The notes under the pieces were generated by a model, which was not told the DNA's origin, did not search any database, and saw only the letters and a program-made list of their open reading frames with translations. DNA of 64,000 nt from Candidatus Latescibacterota bacterium (GTDB lineage Bacteria > Krumholzibacteriota > Krumholzibacteriia > WVZY01 > JAKEHA01): assembly GCA_963707635.1 (NCBI GenBank), contig OY970173.1, positions 2,976,001-3,040,000 of the forward strand. Direction: 5' to 3'. The position numbers were made by a program, and so were the translations under genes. Positions 10,293 to 19,698 of this stretch are shown piece by piece. How positions within the stretch are numbered: position 1 is the first letter of the stretch; the number at the start of each line of letters is the position of its first letter.

Positions 10293-10967
10293 ATGCTCTC
10301 GGCACGACCTCGGCTCAATCGGCACGCGCGTGCGGCGCGGCTCGCGCTCCCGGCGCTGCTGGCGGCGTGCGTCCTCCCGAGCCTCGCGCGCGCGCAGGTG
10401 TTCTATTCGTACCCCGGGGCGCGGCCGGTGTCCGACTACTCGCCGTCGCTGGGGGCGGTGGCCGGCTTCGGCGACAACCTGGTCCGACTGGCGGGGTTCG
10501 CCCGCTTCAACGTCTCGGCGGCCTCCGACCTCGGCGTCGAGGCGGTTTACGACAACGTCGGCGCGGAAGGCATCGACGATGACGTCGGTTTCGGTGGCGC
10601 CGGGGTCGATTTCCGCTACCGGATCGTCGCGGCGGGCGACAGCTCGCCGCTCGACGTGGCGGCGCAGGCGGGAGGAGGATTCCTCGCGCGCTCCGACTTC
10701 CTCGACCTTCGATTTCCCCTGGGTGTCGTGGCCAGCCGCGATCTCCTGCTCAAAGACGGGCGCGTCCTCGTGCCGTACGGCGGGATCTACGTGATGATCG
10801 ACTATGTCAACATCAGCGGCGCGGGTGGAGACCAGTCCGACACCGACGCGGACGTGGAGTTGCGCCTGGGAATCAGCGCGGAGATCGTGAAGAAAGGGAG
10901 CCTGTTCGCCGCGCTCCATGTCGGCGACGACACCATGTTCTTTGTGGGGTTCAACGCCGGTCTGTGA
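10293..10967 (+). CDS. Putative small outer-membrane beta-barrel protein
   Basis: Signal peptide ending ARA-Q, alternating amphipathic strands, aromatic-rich C-terminal strand. Confidence 0.7.
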   Translation: MLSARPRLNRHARAARLALPALLAACVLPSLARAQVFYSYPGARPVSDYSPSLGAVAGFGDNLVRLAGFARFNVSAASDLGVEAVYDNVGAEGIDDDVGFGGAGVDFRYRIVAAGDSSPLDVAAQAGGGFLARSDFLDLRFPLGVVASRDLLLKDGRVLVPYGGIYVMIDYVNISGAGGDQSDTDADVELRLGISAEIVKKGSLFAALHVGDDTMFFVGFNAGL

Positions 10968-11039
10968 TCCCGGCGTCGCATCGAAAGGGGTTGTCCCGTG
11001 AAGTTCGTGTGGACGTGACCGAAGACCGCGCCCGGGGGT

Positions 11040-11795
11040 CTACAGCGATTTGACCCGGATGACCTGCACCGTGATATTGTCCCGCCCGCCCTGCTCATTC
11101 GCCATCTTCACCAGTTTCTTGCACGCCTCTTCCGGAGAGCCCGTGGCCAGAACCGCCGCGATGTCCGCGTCGGAGAGGTAGCTCGTCAAACCGTCGGAGC
11201 ACAGGAGGAAGGTGTCGCCCGCCTCCAGCGCCATCGGCACCGCGGGGGTGTCCGCCGCGATGTCGTCCTGGGCGCCGAGCGAGCGTGTGATCACGTTGCG
11301 CTTGGGGTGATTGCGGGCGTCCTCGTCTGTGATGATGCCCGACCGGACCATCTCGCCCACGATCGAGTGGTCATGGGTGAGCTGGGAGAGGCTCCCCTGG
11401 CGCAGGAGATACGCGCGCGAATCTCCCACGTGGGCGAAGTACGCTTTTCCACCCTGCAGGGCGACGGCGGTGCAGGTCGTCCCCATCCCGAAGAGCGTCG
11501 AATCGGCCACCGATTCCTGAATGATGGTGGTGTTGGCCTCTCGGAACGCCCTCGCCAGCGCCTGCGAGCGGTCTTCGTCGCTGTTCGCGGAGTAGAACGC
11601 CAGGATGCTTCGAACCGCGATGCGGCTCGCGATCTCGCCTCCCCGATGGCCACCCATTCCATCCGCGACCACGAACACCGCGCCGAGATCCTCCATCTGC
11701 TCGTCCGTCGTCGGAACGAACTGACCACACGAGTCCTCGTTGTTGAGCCGGATGCGGCCGCGGTCGGATAGAGATGCGTGCTCGATGGTCAGCAT
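11040..11795 (-). CDS. PP2C-type Ser/Thr phosphatase (Stp1/PrpC family)
   Basis: NNEDS, VADGMGGH, GMGTT, HVGDSRAY, LLCSDGL, GGRDNIT. Confidence 0.95.
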   Translation of the reverse strand: MLTIEHASLSDRGRIRLNNEDSCGQFVPTTDEQMEDLGAVFVVADGMGGHRGGEIASRIAVRSILAFYSANSDEDRSQALARAFREANTTIIQESVADSTLFGMGTTCTAVALQGGKAYFAHVGDSRAYLLRQGSLSQLTHDHSIVGEMVRSGIITDEDARNHPKRNVITRSLGAQDDIAADTPAVPMALEAGDTFLLCSDGLTSYLSDADIAAVLATGSPEEACKKLVKMANEQGGRDNITVQVIRVKSL

Positions 11796-11891
11796 TCGGT
11801 TTTCCAGGGACCCTGGGATCTGCCGGGACACAAAGTGGCTCCTAGACTATGAGAAACCACCGCCCCGGTCAACCATGTCCAACAGCGCGAT

Positions 11892-11945
11892 TGCCAAAAC
11901 AATGCCAACCGGCGTCGGGACGCGATGCGTGGCACGCTTCTGGCA
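11892..11945. promoter_or_regulatory. Two back-to-back TGGCA-N6-TGGCA (sigma54-like) sites
   Basis: Minus strand 11892-11907 TGGCATTGTTTTGGCA. Plus strand 11930-11945 TGGCACGCTTCTGGCA. Both fit GG-N10-GC. Confidence 0.45.
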
Positions 11946-12057
11946 CGCGCGGATCGCGCGGTAGGGCCTCGCCGGGATGCCCTCGTCGCCCCGAACTGGC
12001 AACGCCATTAACGAACGCGACCTGCGTGGTCGCGCTGATCGACGGAGGTTCATCGGA

Positions 12058-13110
12058 ATGGCCGGCAACGCGGAAATCGACCAGAGCCGAATCGACGAAA
12101 CGCTTTCCGCGTACCGCGAACTGCAATCGCAATTCGAACGGGTGCGCGACCGGCTGCGCCTCGCCGAGGAGAACCGCCATACCGTCAATCGGCGCATCTA
12201 CGAGAAGGTCCGGGGCGAGTATGACCGCGAGCTGGATTCGATTCGAGCCAAGATGTCGCCGCTGCGCGCGGAGATGGCGACGTTGCGGGCCGGGCTCGAA
12301 GAGCGCGTGCGCGACGCGAGGGCCAAACTCGCCACGGTGGAGGAGGAGCAGGCCGAGGCCGCGTTCCGGCACACCGTGGGTGAATACAGCGCCTCGGTGA
12401 TCGACGAAAAGCAGCAGGAGCTCGACGCGCGTCTCGCGGCCGCCCGCGACGCGGTGGAGCGGTTCCAGCAGACGCTCGCGTCCCTCGACGCCGTGCAGAA
12501 CGCGGACGCGGCAGACGCCGCGCCCGAGGACCTCGCCGACGAACCCGCGCCGGCACCGGCCGCCGAAGCGCCGCGCCGCCCGGTGCTCAAGGCGGCCGAT
12601 CTCGCCGCCGCCGCTCCGGCCCCGGCTGCCGCCACCCGGACCGTGCCCGCGGCGACCGCTGCCGCCGATCGTTTCGAGAATCCGCACGACTGGGTCAACG
12701 AGGTCGGACGCGACCCGCTCAAGGACCTTCGCGCGGCACCCGCGCGCGAGCGCGGCTCGGCGACGGAGGCGTCTCCGGTGGCCACGGCCGCCGCGCACCG
12801 CAACGCACCCAGCCTGGTGTTCGTCAGCGGCACCCATACCGGGCAGTCCATCCCGCTCTTGCCGACCACGCTCACGATCGGTCGCGAGCACGACAACAAC
12901 ATCGAGATCAAGGACGCGGAGGTGGCCCGGTACCACGCGCGGATTCTGCACGAGCGCGGGAGCTATGTGGTGGAGGACCTGGAGAGCACGACCGGGACCT
13001 GGGTCAACGGCAAGCGCGCGCGGCGCGCGGTCCTCAATCATGGGGACGTCATCAAGGTCGGTCAGACCGAACTCGCCATCGATTTCGAGTGGGCGACCAA
13101 CGCGGATTGA
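12058..13110 (+). CDS. Coiled-coil + Ala/Pro linker + C-terminal FHA domain protein
   Basis: GGAGG RBS, heptad-rich N-terminus, TIGR...ARYHARI...GTWVNG...GDVIKVG. Confidence 0.88.
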   Translation: MAGNAEIDQSRIDETLSAYRELQSQFERVRDRLRLAEENRHTVNRRIYEKVRGEYDRELDSIRAKMSPLRAEMATLRAGLEERVRDARAKLATVEEEQAEAAFRHTVGEYSASVIDEKQQELDARLAAARDAVERFQQTLASLDAVQNADAADAAPEDLADEPAPAPAAEAPRRPVLKAADLAAAAPAPAAATRTVPAATAAADRFENPHDWVNEVGRDPLKDLRAAPARERGSATEASPVATAAAHRNAPSLVFVSGTHTGQSIPLLPTTLTIGREHDNNIEIKDAEVARYHARILHERGSYVVEDLESTTGTWVNGKRARRAVLNHGDVIKVGQTELAIDFEWATNAD

Positions 13111-13123
13111 CCGCCCTTTCCCG

Positions 13124-13972
13124 CTAGATACGCTCGACGGACCGGGCGTCCATCCAGCCGGACAGCTCGCCGGGCAGATCGATTCTCACCCAGTCGGAAC
13201 GCGCATCGCGCACCGAGAGCACGGTGCCCTCGTGCACCTTGAACTGCACGGTCGCATCGCGGCTCGGCCCGCTGAACACCGGCACCTCCTCGACCACCAC
13301 CACCCCGCGGGAGCGGTCCCTTTCTCCCCGCAGCTTGACCACCGCCGAGGCGGTGAAGATCGCGGTCAGAGCGAACACCAGCGACATGGAGATCGCGACG
13401 TCCTGCGTCATGTCCAGCCCGAAGAGGCGCGCCGGAGAAAGCACCGAGATCCGCCGGTACGCGCCTGCCACCCACGGCGTGCGCCGAAACACCATCACCA
13501 CCGCCAGAACGCACAGGAGCACGTAGAGCGCGCTGGCGAACGCCACCGACTCCGCCACCGTGGTGTCACGGTGCCAGGCCATCGAGGCCCGGCGAATCCC
13601 CGTCGGTTCCGCGACGAGTTGCTTGTCGCGCACCAGTGTGCGCACCAGCGCGAGATTCTCGCGGATGTCTTCGCTGCGTGGGTCCATCCGGCGGGCCCGC
13701 TCGTAATGGAGCACGGCGTGCCCGAGGTCGCCCGCCTTGAAGTAGGCGTTGCCGAGGTTGAAATCGAGGCTCGGATTGACGATGCCGCGCTCGGTCAGCG
13801 CCAGGTAGGTGTCGATCGCTTCCGCGTAGTCGCCGCGCTCGAACGCCGTGTTACCGGCGACGAAGAGCGATTCGGGCGGCGCGGCCGGCGTGTCTACCGC
13901 GAACGACGGCGTGGTCGCGCGCGCCAGAGCGACCCCCACCACCAGGGCCAGGACCCGATTCCGTCGCTTCAC
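13124..13972 (-). CDS. batE: BatE-like TPR + TM + SH3-like protein
   Basis: FNLGNAYFK...YERA TPR, two TMs, KVHEGT...WVRI...GW SH3-like end. Last gene of the bat operon. Confidence 0.85.
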   Translation of the reverse strand: MKRRNRVLALVVGVALARATTPSFAVDTPAAPPESLFVAGNTAFERGDYAEAIDTYLALTERGIVNPSLDFNLGNAYFKAGDLGHAVLHYERARRMDPRSEDIRENLALVRTLVRDKQLVAEPTGIRRASMAWHRDTTVAESVAFASALYVLLCVLAVVMVFRRTPWVAGAYRRISVLSPARLFGLDMTQDVAISMSLVFALTAIFTASAVVKLRGERDRSRGVVVVEEVPVFSGPSRDATVQFKVHEGTVLSVRDARSDWVRIDLPGELSGWMDARSVERI

Positions 13973-15798
13973 TTGAGCGCCCTTTCGACCGCGTGGATGG
14001 CATCGCGCGCCGCACTCGCGAGCCTCGTGCCCGCCCCGGCGTCGGCCGGACCCGCGGCGTAACGCGCCGCGTCGCAGGCCTCGATGGCGCCCCGCACCGC
14101 GCCGGCCTGCGCGTCACCAACCTCCCGGGTGGTGAGAAACGACTGGATCGCGTCGCTCGTGAGCCCAGCGACCGGCGCGTTCATCCGATCTGCGAAATAG
14201 CCGAACAGCGCCGCGTGAATCGCCCCGTAGCCGGCCTCCACGTTTCCGGACCGGAACGACTTCTCGGCCGCTCCCAGACGCCGCTCCGCGTCGCGCGCCG
14301 CGCGGCTCGCGCGCGCAAAGCCGACGTCGTCGCGCAGGCGGCGGCGGCGACGCTCCACGGCCAGCGACGCGACCACCCCCAGCGCGGGCAGGGCCTGCAG
14401 GATGAGGAACAACGGCCGGGTATAGAACGGCTCCGGTGCGGCGGCGAGAACCGCGGGCAGCGGATGGATGTACCGGATGTCGCGGTTGAGCACCTCGAAG
14501 TCGTCGCCGCCGCCGGCGTAGATCACCTTGCGGCCGTCTTCGTTGGTGCCGGGCTTGACCTCGATCGCGATCGCGGCCGCCTGCGCCACGTCGTAACGGT
14601 GCCGGCGGGGGTCGTAGTACGCGATCCGCGTCCCCGGCAGCGTGAACTTCCCCTCGGTCTGGGGGACCATCACGTAGTCGAACTTGCGGCGGCCGGACAC
14701 CAGGTAGTCCTTCTTGAACGAGTCGGTCGCGTTTCCGGATTCGTACACCTTGAATCCCTCGAGTCCCGCGAGTTTCGGCGGGGAAAGTGTGCGCATGTTG
14801 CCCACGCCGTTCACCTCGATGGACACGTTGATCGGTTCGCCCACCTGCGCCACCTGCTTGTCCGCGACCAGCGTGACGGTGAGGTCGCTCGCCACCGCGC
14901 CGCCGAAATCGGAGGGTTTGCCCGCGCCGGGCAGCGGCAGCACGACGATCTTCTTCGGCTGGGTGGTGAGGGAGCGTTGCTCGCCGAATCCGCCCCCGCG
15001 AAATCCACGGTTGAAGAAGTCGTCGAAGCGCCCGCGCATGTCGTCGAGAACGAGGTCGACGCGTGCCTCTCCGATCGTGTAGACGCCGGGCGCGGTCGGG
15101 AAATACGCCCGCTTGATCTCGGACACCAGGTAGCGGCGGTTGTGGATGGTGGCGTTGTACTTGTTCTGCGGCGGGAGGTCCTCGACCCAGAACCCCTCCG
15201 CGCTGGGCGGCGAGTAGTTGGGCGCGCGCAGGAGCTCGACCCGGCCGTCGGCGTAGTAGCCGAGCGTCCACGTCACCTGCTCGTTCACATACACGGTGTC
15301 GCGGTCGACGGCGGCGGCGACGAAGATACTCTCGTCCTGCGACGGCAGGGCCGTCCCCGGTGTGCCGGCGCTCGCCGGCGGCGCGTTCGGCGTGGGGATG
15401 GATGCGCCGCCCGCCACCACCTGGACCACGACCGGGTTGGCCGTGTATTGCTTGTCCCCCAGCACGAGGCGAATGGGCTCGATGCGGAAAGTGCCCTCCT
15501 TGCGCGGCTGGAGCACGTAGGAGAACGTGATCGACGAACTGGCCTGTCCGTTGACGAAGCTGAAGTTCTGCGACGTGCCCGCCTCGAACACGTCGAAGTC
15601 CTCGAGGGCAGGAAGCTCCGGCGCGACCGAGCGCCGGAATTTTCCCTCCACCTCGATGGTCAGGACGGCCTGACCGCCGACCTCCACCGTCGCAGGCTCG
15701 ACGCGCGCGCGCACGGTGACGTCGTCCGCGCGCGCGACTCCCGCGCACACCCACGCCGCGAGCGCCAACGTCATGACTCTGGACCGTGCCGATCTCAT
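13969..15798 (-). CDS. batD: BatD family protein
   Basis: Signal peptide, SQNFSFVNG, GTFRIEP, VYVNEQV, GVGN motifs, C-terminal TM. Operon context. Confidence 0.88.
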   Translation of the reverse strand: MRSARSRVMTLALAAWVCAGVARADDVTVRARVEPATVEVGGQAVLTIEVEGKFRRSVAPELPALEDFDVFEAGTSQNFSFVNGQASSSITFSYVLQPRKEGTFRIEPIRLVLGDKQYTANPVVVQVVAGGASIPTPNAPPASAGTPGTALPSQDESIFVAAAVDRDTVYVNEQVTWTLGYYADGRVELLRAPNYSPPSAEGFWVEDLPPQNKYNATIHNRRYLVSEIKRAYFPTAPGVYTIGEARVDLVLDDMRGRFDDFFNRGFRGGGFGEQRSLTTQPKKIVVLPLPGAGKPSDFGGAVASDLTVTLVADKQVAQVGEPINVSIEVNGVGNMRTLSPPKLAGLEGFKVYESGNATDSFKKDYLVSGRRKFDYVMVPQTEGKFTLPGTRIAYYDPRRHRYDVAQAAAIAIEVKPGTNEDGRKVIYAGGGDDFEVLNRDIRYIHPLPAVLAAAPEPFYTRPLFLILQALPALGVVASLAVERRRRRLRDDVGFARASRAARDAERRLGAAEKSFRSGNVEAGYGAIHAALFGYFADRMNAPVAGLTSDAIQSFLTTREVGDAQAGAVRGAIEACDAARYAAGPADAGAGTRLASAARDAIHAVERALK

Positions 15799-15810
15799 GG
15801 ATGCCCGAGC

Positions 15811-17661
15811 CTACCAGTCCTTGCCCGAATGCTTCAACTTCCGGAACGCCGCCTTGCGGCGCTCGCGCTGGAGCTGCGCTTCGCGGTCTTCGAGCGCCTG
15901 CAGGATGCGCATCGCGTCTTCCTTCGACAACTGCTGCATCTGCTCCTCCGACAGGGGCGACGCCAGCGAGTCGGCCGGAGGCGGCTGCATCCGGGACGAA
16001 TCGGGCTCCGAGGGCTGACTCTGCGAGGAATCCGGCGGCGACGGGTTGCGGTCCCGATCCTGCGACGGTGAAGGCTGCGAGTCCGACCTGGTCGAATCGG
16101 ACCCGGAGCCGGACTGGGAGTCCTCCCTGGACTGATCGCCACCGGAAGACTTCTGCTTCTGCTGCTGCTTGTCCTGTTGCTGCTGCTGCTTCTGGGCCAG
16201 CGCCATTTCGAGATTGTGGCGCGCGTCTTCGTCGTCGGGCAGGTACTGCAACGCCTGGATGTACGACTCGACCGCTTCGCCCGCCCGGCCACTCTTGAAG
16301 AGCGCGTTGCCGCGGTTGTAGAGCATGCGCCCGGTGAGCACGCTGTCGGGCGAGAAGCCGCGCTGGTAGTAGTCGATCGCGCGGTCGTACTTCTTCTGCT
16401 GAAAGAGCGCGTTGCCCCCGTTGTAGAAGACGCCCGGAGCGTTCGCGGGCGGGCGGGCGCTGTCGCCGAGCGCCTGGCGGTAGAGACCGAATGCCTTGTC
16501 GTATTCGCCGTCGGCGTACGCGTGGTTGCCGGAGCGCAGCTTGCCGCGACTGACCGATTTGGCGCTCGCGGGCACCGCGTTGCCGGCGAGCTCCAGCGCG
16601 GCCAGTGCGGTCACGACCAGCGCCCCCGTGTGCAACGGCCGCGTCCGCTCGCCCCCGCGCCGGCTGGCCCGCGTCCCGACCAGTGCGTCGACCAACAGGC
16701 ATCCGAGCGCGAGCGCGAGTGGCACCCAGAAGCGCTCTTTCTTCCGCTCGACGAATTCTCCCTTGATCAGTTTCTTCTGCATGCCCGCAATTTCATCGTA
16801 GAGCACCTTGATCTCGACGCCCTCCGGCGTCGCGGGGAGATACCGGCCATTCCCCGCCGCGGCCACCCGCCGCAGGGAAGCTTCGTCCAGGCGACTCAGC
16901 ACCGTCTCCCCCCTCGCATCCTTCTTGTATCCCGTGACCGCGCCGTCCGTTCCGCGCTCCGGAATCAACTCGCCCTTCGGAGTCCCCATGCCGATGGCGT
17001 ACACGCGGATCCCCTTCTCGGCCGCCGCGGCGGCCGCCCGTTCGGGCTCGCCCTGCTGGTTCTCACCGTCGGTCACCAGGATGATGGCGCGGTCGCCCGC
17101 TTCCGTGGGCCCGAACATGACGACGGCGGTCTCGATCGCGTCTGCGATGGCGGAGCCGGGCTCCGAAATGGTGTACACGTCGACGGACCGGACCAGCATG
17201 AGCGCGGCGGCGTAGTCGACCGTCAACGGACAGAGGGCCACCGCTTCACCGGCGAACGCCACCACCCCGACCCGGTCACCCTGCAGCCCGCCGATCAGAT
17301 CCATGATCTCGCGCTTCGCGCTCTCCAGACGGTTCGGCGGCACGTCCTCGGCCAGCATCGACAGCGAGGTGTCGAGCGCGATCACGACGTCAATTCCTTC
17401 TCTTTCCACTTTGACCAGCTGGCTCCCGAAGCGCGGCCCCGCGATGGATGTGATCAACATCGCGTACGCCAGGACCCACAACATGCCTTTCGCCAGGTGA
17501 CGCCGCCAGCTGAATCCCGGCGCCAGCGCCGGTTCGAGCCCGCGCCCGATGAATGCCGACAGGGCGTTCCGGCGCCCGCGGACGCCGAGTGCCACCAGCA
17601 CGGCCAGGAGCGGAATTCCGGCCAGGCCCCACAACCATAACGGTCTCGAGAACTCGATCAT
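15811..17661 (-). CDS. batB: Fused BatB (VWA) - BatC (TPR, Gln-rich linker) protein
   Basis: DTSLSM MIDAS, PLTVDY, TDGE, then TPRs (YNRGNALFK), poly-Q linker and C-terminal KDW typical of BatC. Confidence 0.85.
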   Translation of the reverse strand: MIEFSRPLWLWGLAGIPLLAVLVALGVRGRRNALSAFIGRGLEPALAPGFSWRRHLAKGMLWVLAYAMLITSIAGPRFGSQLVKVEREGIDVVIALDTSLSMLAEDVPPNRLESAKREIMDLIGGLQGDRVGVVAFAGEAVALCPLTVDYAAALMLVRSVDVYTISEPGSAIADAIETAVVMFGPTEAGDRAIILVTDGENQQGEPERAAAAAAEKGIRVYAIGMGTPKGELIPERGTDGAVTGYKKDARGETVLSRLDEASLRRVAAAGNGRYLPATPEGVEIKVLYDEIAGMQKKLIKGEFVERKKERFWVPLALALGCLLVDALVGTRASRRGGERTRPLHTGALVVTALAALELAGNAVPASAKSVSRGKLRSGNHAYADGEYDKAFGLYRQALGDSARPPANAPGVFYNGGNALFQQKKYDRAIDYYQRGFSPDSVLTGRMLYNRGNALFKSGRAGEAVESYIQALQYLPDDEDARHNLEMALAQKQQQQQDKQQQKQKSSGGDQSREDSQSGSGSDSTRSDSQPSPSQDRDRNPSPPDSSQSQPSEPDSSRMQPPPADSLASPLSEEQMQQLSKEDAMRILQALEDREAQLQRERRKAAFRKLKHSGKDW

Positions 17662-17685
17662 CGTCCTTCCTCGTCGTGCGCCGCG

Positions 17686-18672
17686 CTACGGCGTCTCGCG
17701 CAGCACGGTCTCTCCCAACCCCAGCTCGAGCACCAGGAGCCCGAGCGCGGGGATGAGGAACCATGTAAACCGATCCGTGTACTCGACGAACGTTTCCGAT
17801 TCGACTTTCGACTTTTCCATTTTATCGATGGTGTCGTAGATCGCCGACAGCTCTTCCCGGTCGGTGGCGCGAAAGTACTCACCGCCGGTCAGCTTCGCGA
17901 TCTTCATTAGAGAGTCTTCGTCGATGTCGACCTCGACCGACACCAAACGACGGCCAAACACCGGGTCGTCGATCGGCATGGGCGCGCGCCCGCGCGTGCC
18001 GACCCCGATCGTGTACACCTTGATCCCAAGCGACGCGGCCACGCGCGCGGCGGTGATGGGGTCGACCATGCCCGCGTTGTTCTGCCCGTCGGTCAAGAGG
18101 ATCGCGATGCGGCTCTTGGCGTCGCTGGTTCGCAGGCGGTTGCACGCGGTGGCCAGCGCCACCCCGATGGCCGTGCCGTCTTCGAGCATGCCGAAATCGA
18201 CCGCGTCGACGAGCTTGGTGAGCAGCGCGTAGTCCAGGGTCAACGGGCACTGCGTGATGGCGTCGGCCGCAAACGCGACCAGGCCGATGCGGTCCTGGCT
18301 TCGCTTGGCGATGAACTCCTTGACCACTTCCTTCGCTACGTGGAGGCGGTTCTTCGGCTCGAAGTCCTGCGCCTGCATGCTGCCGCTGGTGTCGAGCACC
18401 AGCATGATGTCGATTCCTTCCGCGTAGGTGGTGTGCTTCGACCGTCCGGTTTGCGGCCGCGCGAGCCCGACGATCACCAGCGAGAGCACGGCGAGGCGCA
18501 GCGCGAGCACCGCGTGTCGTTTCCACACCGGCGCCCCGAGCCCGGCGGCGAGCATGAGGTCGAGCGACGAGTACGCGACGCTGCGCCGCCGGCCGTGGCG
18601 CAGCGCGTACCACGCGACCAGCGGCACCAGCGCGAGCAGCGAAAGCAGGTACGGGTGCGCGAAGCGGAACAT
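17686..18672 (-). CDS. batA: BatA VWA-domain membrane protein
   Basis: MFRFAHP, LARPQ, LDTSGSM, DGTAIG, LLTDGQNNAG, TGGEYFRA. Confidence 0.92.
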   Translation of the reverse strand: MFRFAHPYLLSLLALVPLVAWYALRHGRRRSVAYSSLDLMLAAGLGAPVWKRHAVLALRLAVLSLVIVGLARPQTGRSKHTTYAEGIDIMLVLDTSGSMQAQDFEPKNRLHVAKEVVKEFIAKRSQDRIGLVAFAADAITQCPLTLDYALLTKLVDAVDFGMLEDGTAIGVALATACNRLRTSDAKSRIAILLTDGQNNAGMVDPITAARVAASLGIKVYTIGVGTRGRAPMPIDDPVFGRRLVSVEVDIDEDSLMKIAKLTGGEYFRATDREELSAIYDTIDKMEKSKVESETFVEYTDRFTWFLIPALGLLVLELGLGETVLRETP

Positions 18673-19683
18673 TTACGCGTCTCCCCCCGCGGCGGCCGCG
18701 GCAGTCTCCACCCGCGGCGTGGTGTCGACCACGACCGCGCGGGCGCGCTCGATGGCGGCGGTCGCCGCCGGCCGGTCCGGCACCAGTTTGGCGAACTTGA
18801 CCAGATCCGCCTCTTCCAGCAGCGCGGCGAGGTCGCCCACCGGCGCGTCGCGGCGGTGGATTTCCCGTATCAGCTCCGGCGAGGTTCGATCCATCGCTTC
18901 GACCCCGAAGCGCGCCTCGAGGTAGCGCCGCACCACGTCGACCACGAGTGTGTAGTAGAGCTTGAATTCTCCCCGGTCGAGGTACCCCATCCCCGCGATC
19001 CGTTCCAGCTCGGTGAGCGCCACCAGGTCGGGCGGAAGGCGGACTTCCGCCGCGGCGGTCACCGGCCGGCGCGCGCGACGCCGGCGAATCCACCACACGA
19101 TCCCCGCCGCGAGTGCCAGCACGCCGAGGCCCACCAGCGCCCACAGCAGGTAGTTGGGCGGGAGCGTCCATTGCTCCTTCAGCGGCCGCGTGTCCTTTGC
19201 GTCGAGCGCGATGCGGCGGATCGGCACCTCGATGGCGTCGCTCACCGCATACACGGTGTCCCCCGCGGGAGCGAGGAACGCGAACCGGTTGGCGGGAACC
19301 ACCGACGAGTCGAGGTCGACGGGAATGAAGGTGACTTCGGCGGTCCGTTCGACCCGGCCGCCGGCGGGCTTCTCGCTCCACGCGATCGACACCACCCGGC
19401 AGGTGCCCGCTTCGAGCCGGTCGGGAATCAGCTGGGTGAGCGAGTCAGGAAAGGAAAAACGGTACGCGACGTGGAATCGCTGCCCCACCGTTACCGAGTC
19501 GAAACGCGCGTCGGTGGTGAGCTCGACGGTGTCGAAAGTGGCGGCGCCGGCCGACGACGCGAACATGCACGCTGCCCAAATGAGGCACAAGCGGGTGGCG
19601 CCGATCCGGGGCCCCCGCGGGCAAAGCCCCGTGGGGTGGATCGGCGACAGGACCCGCGCGGTTGCCTCGTGGAGCCGATTCAT
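18673..19683 (-). CDS. Bat-operon membrane protein (exported N-domain, TM, helical C-domain)
   Basis: Position between DUF58 and batA. TM followed by RRRR. YYTLVVDVVRRYLEARFG...TSPEL...ADLVKFAK. The N-terminus contains the 79-bp repeat. Confidence 0.8.
   Translation of the reverse strand: MNRLHEATARVLSPIHPTGLCPRGPRIGATRLCLIWAACMFASSAGAATFDTVELTTDARFDSVTVGQRFHVAYRFSFPDSLTQLIPDRLEAGTCRVVSIAWSEKPAGGRVERTAEVTFIPVDLDSSVVPANRFAFLAPAGDTVYAVSDAIEVPIRRIALDAKDTRPLKEQWTLPPNYLLWALVGLGVLALAAGIVWWIRRRRARRPVTAAAEVRLPPDLVALTELERIAGMGYLDRGEFKLYYTLVVDVVRRYLEARFGVEAMDRTSPELIREIHRRDAPVGDLAALLEEADLVKFAKLVPDRPAATAAIERARAVVVDTTPRVETAAAAAGGDA
19585..19663 (+). repeat. 79-bp structured palindromic element, copy 1
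   Basis: 70/79 identical (hand alignment) to the reverse complement of 21628-21706. Nested stems. Confidence 0.85.
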
Positions 19684-19698
19684 GTGGAAGGCGCTCGC

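Noticed and set aside
16150..16195. CTG-rich tandem repeat
   Set aside because: Encodes the poly-Gln linker typical of BatC.
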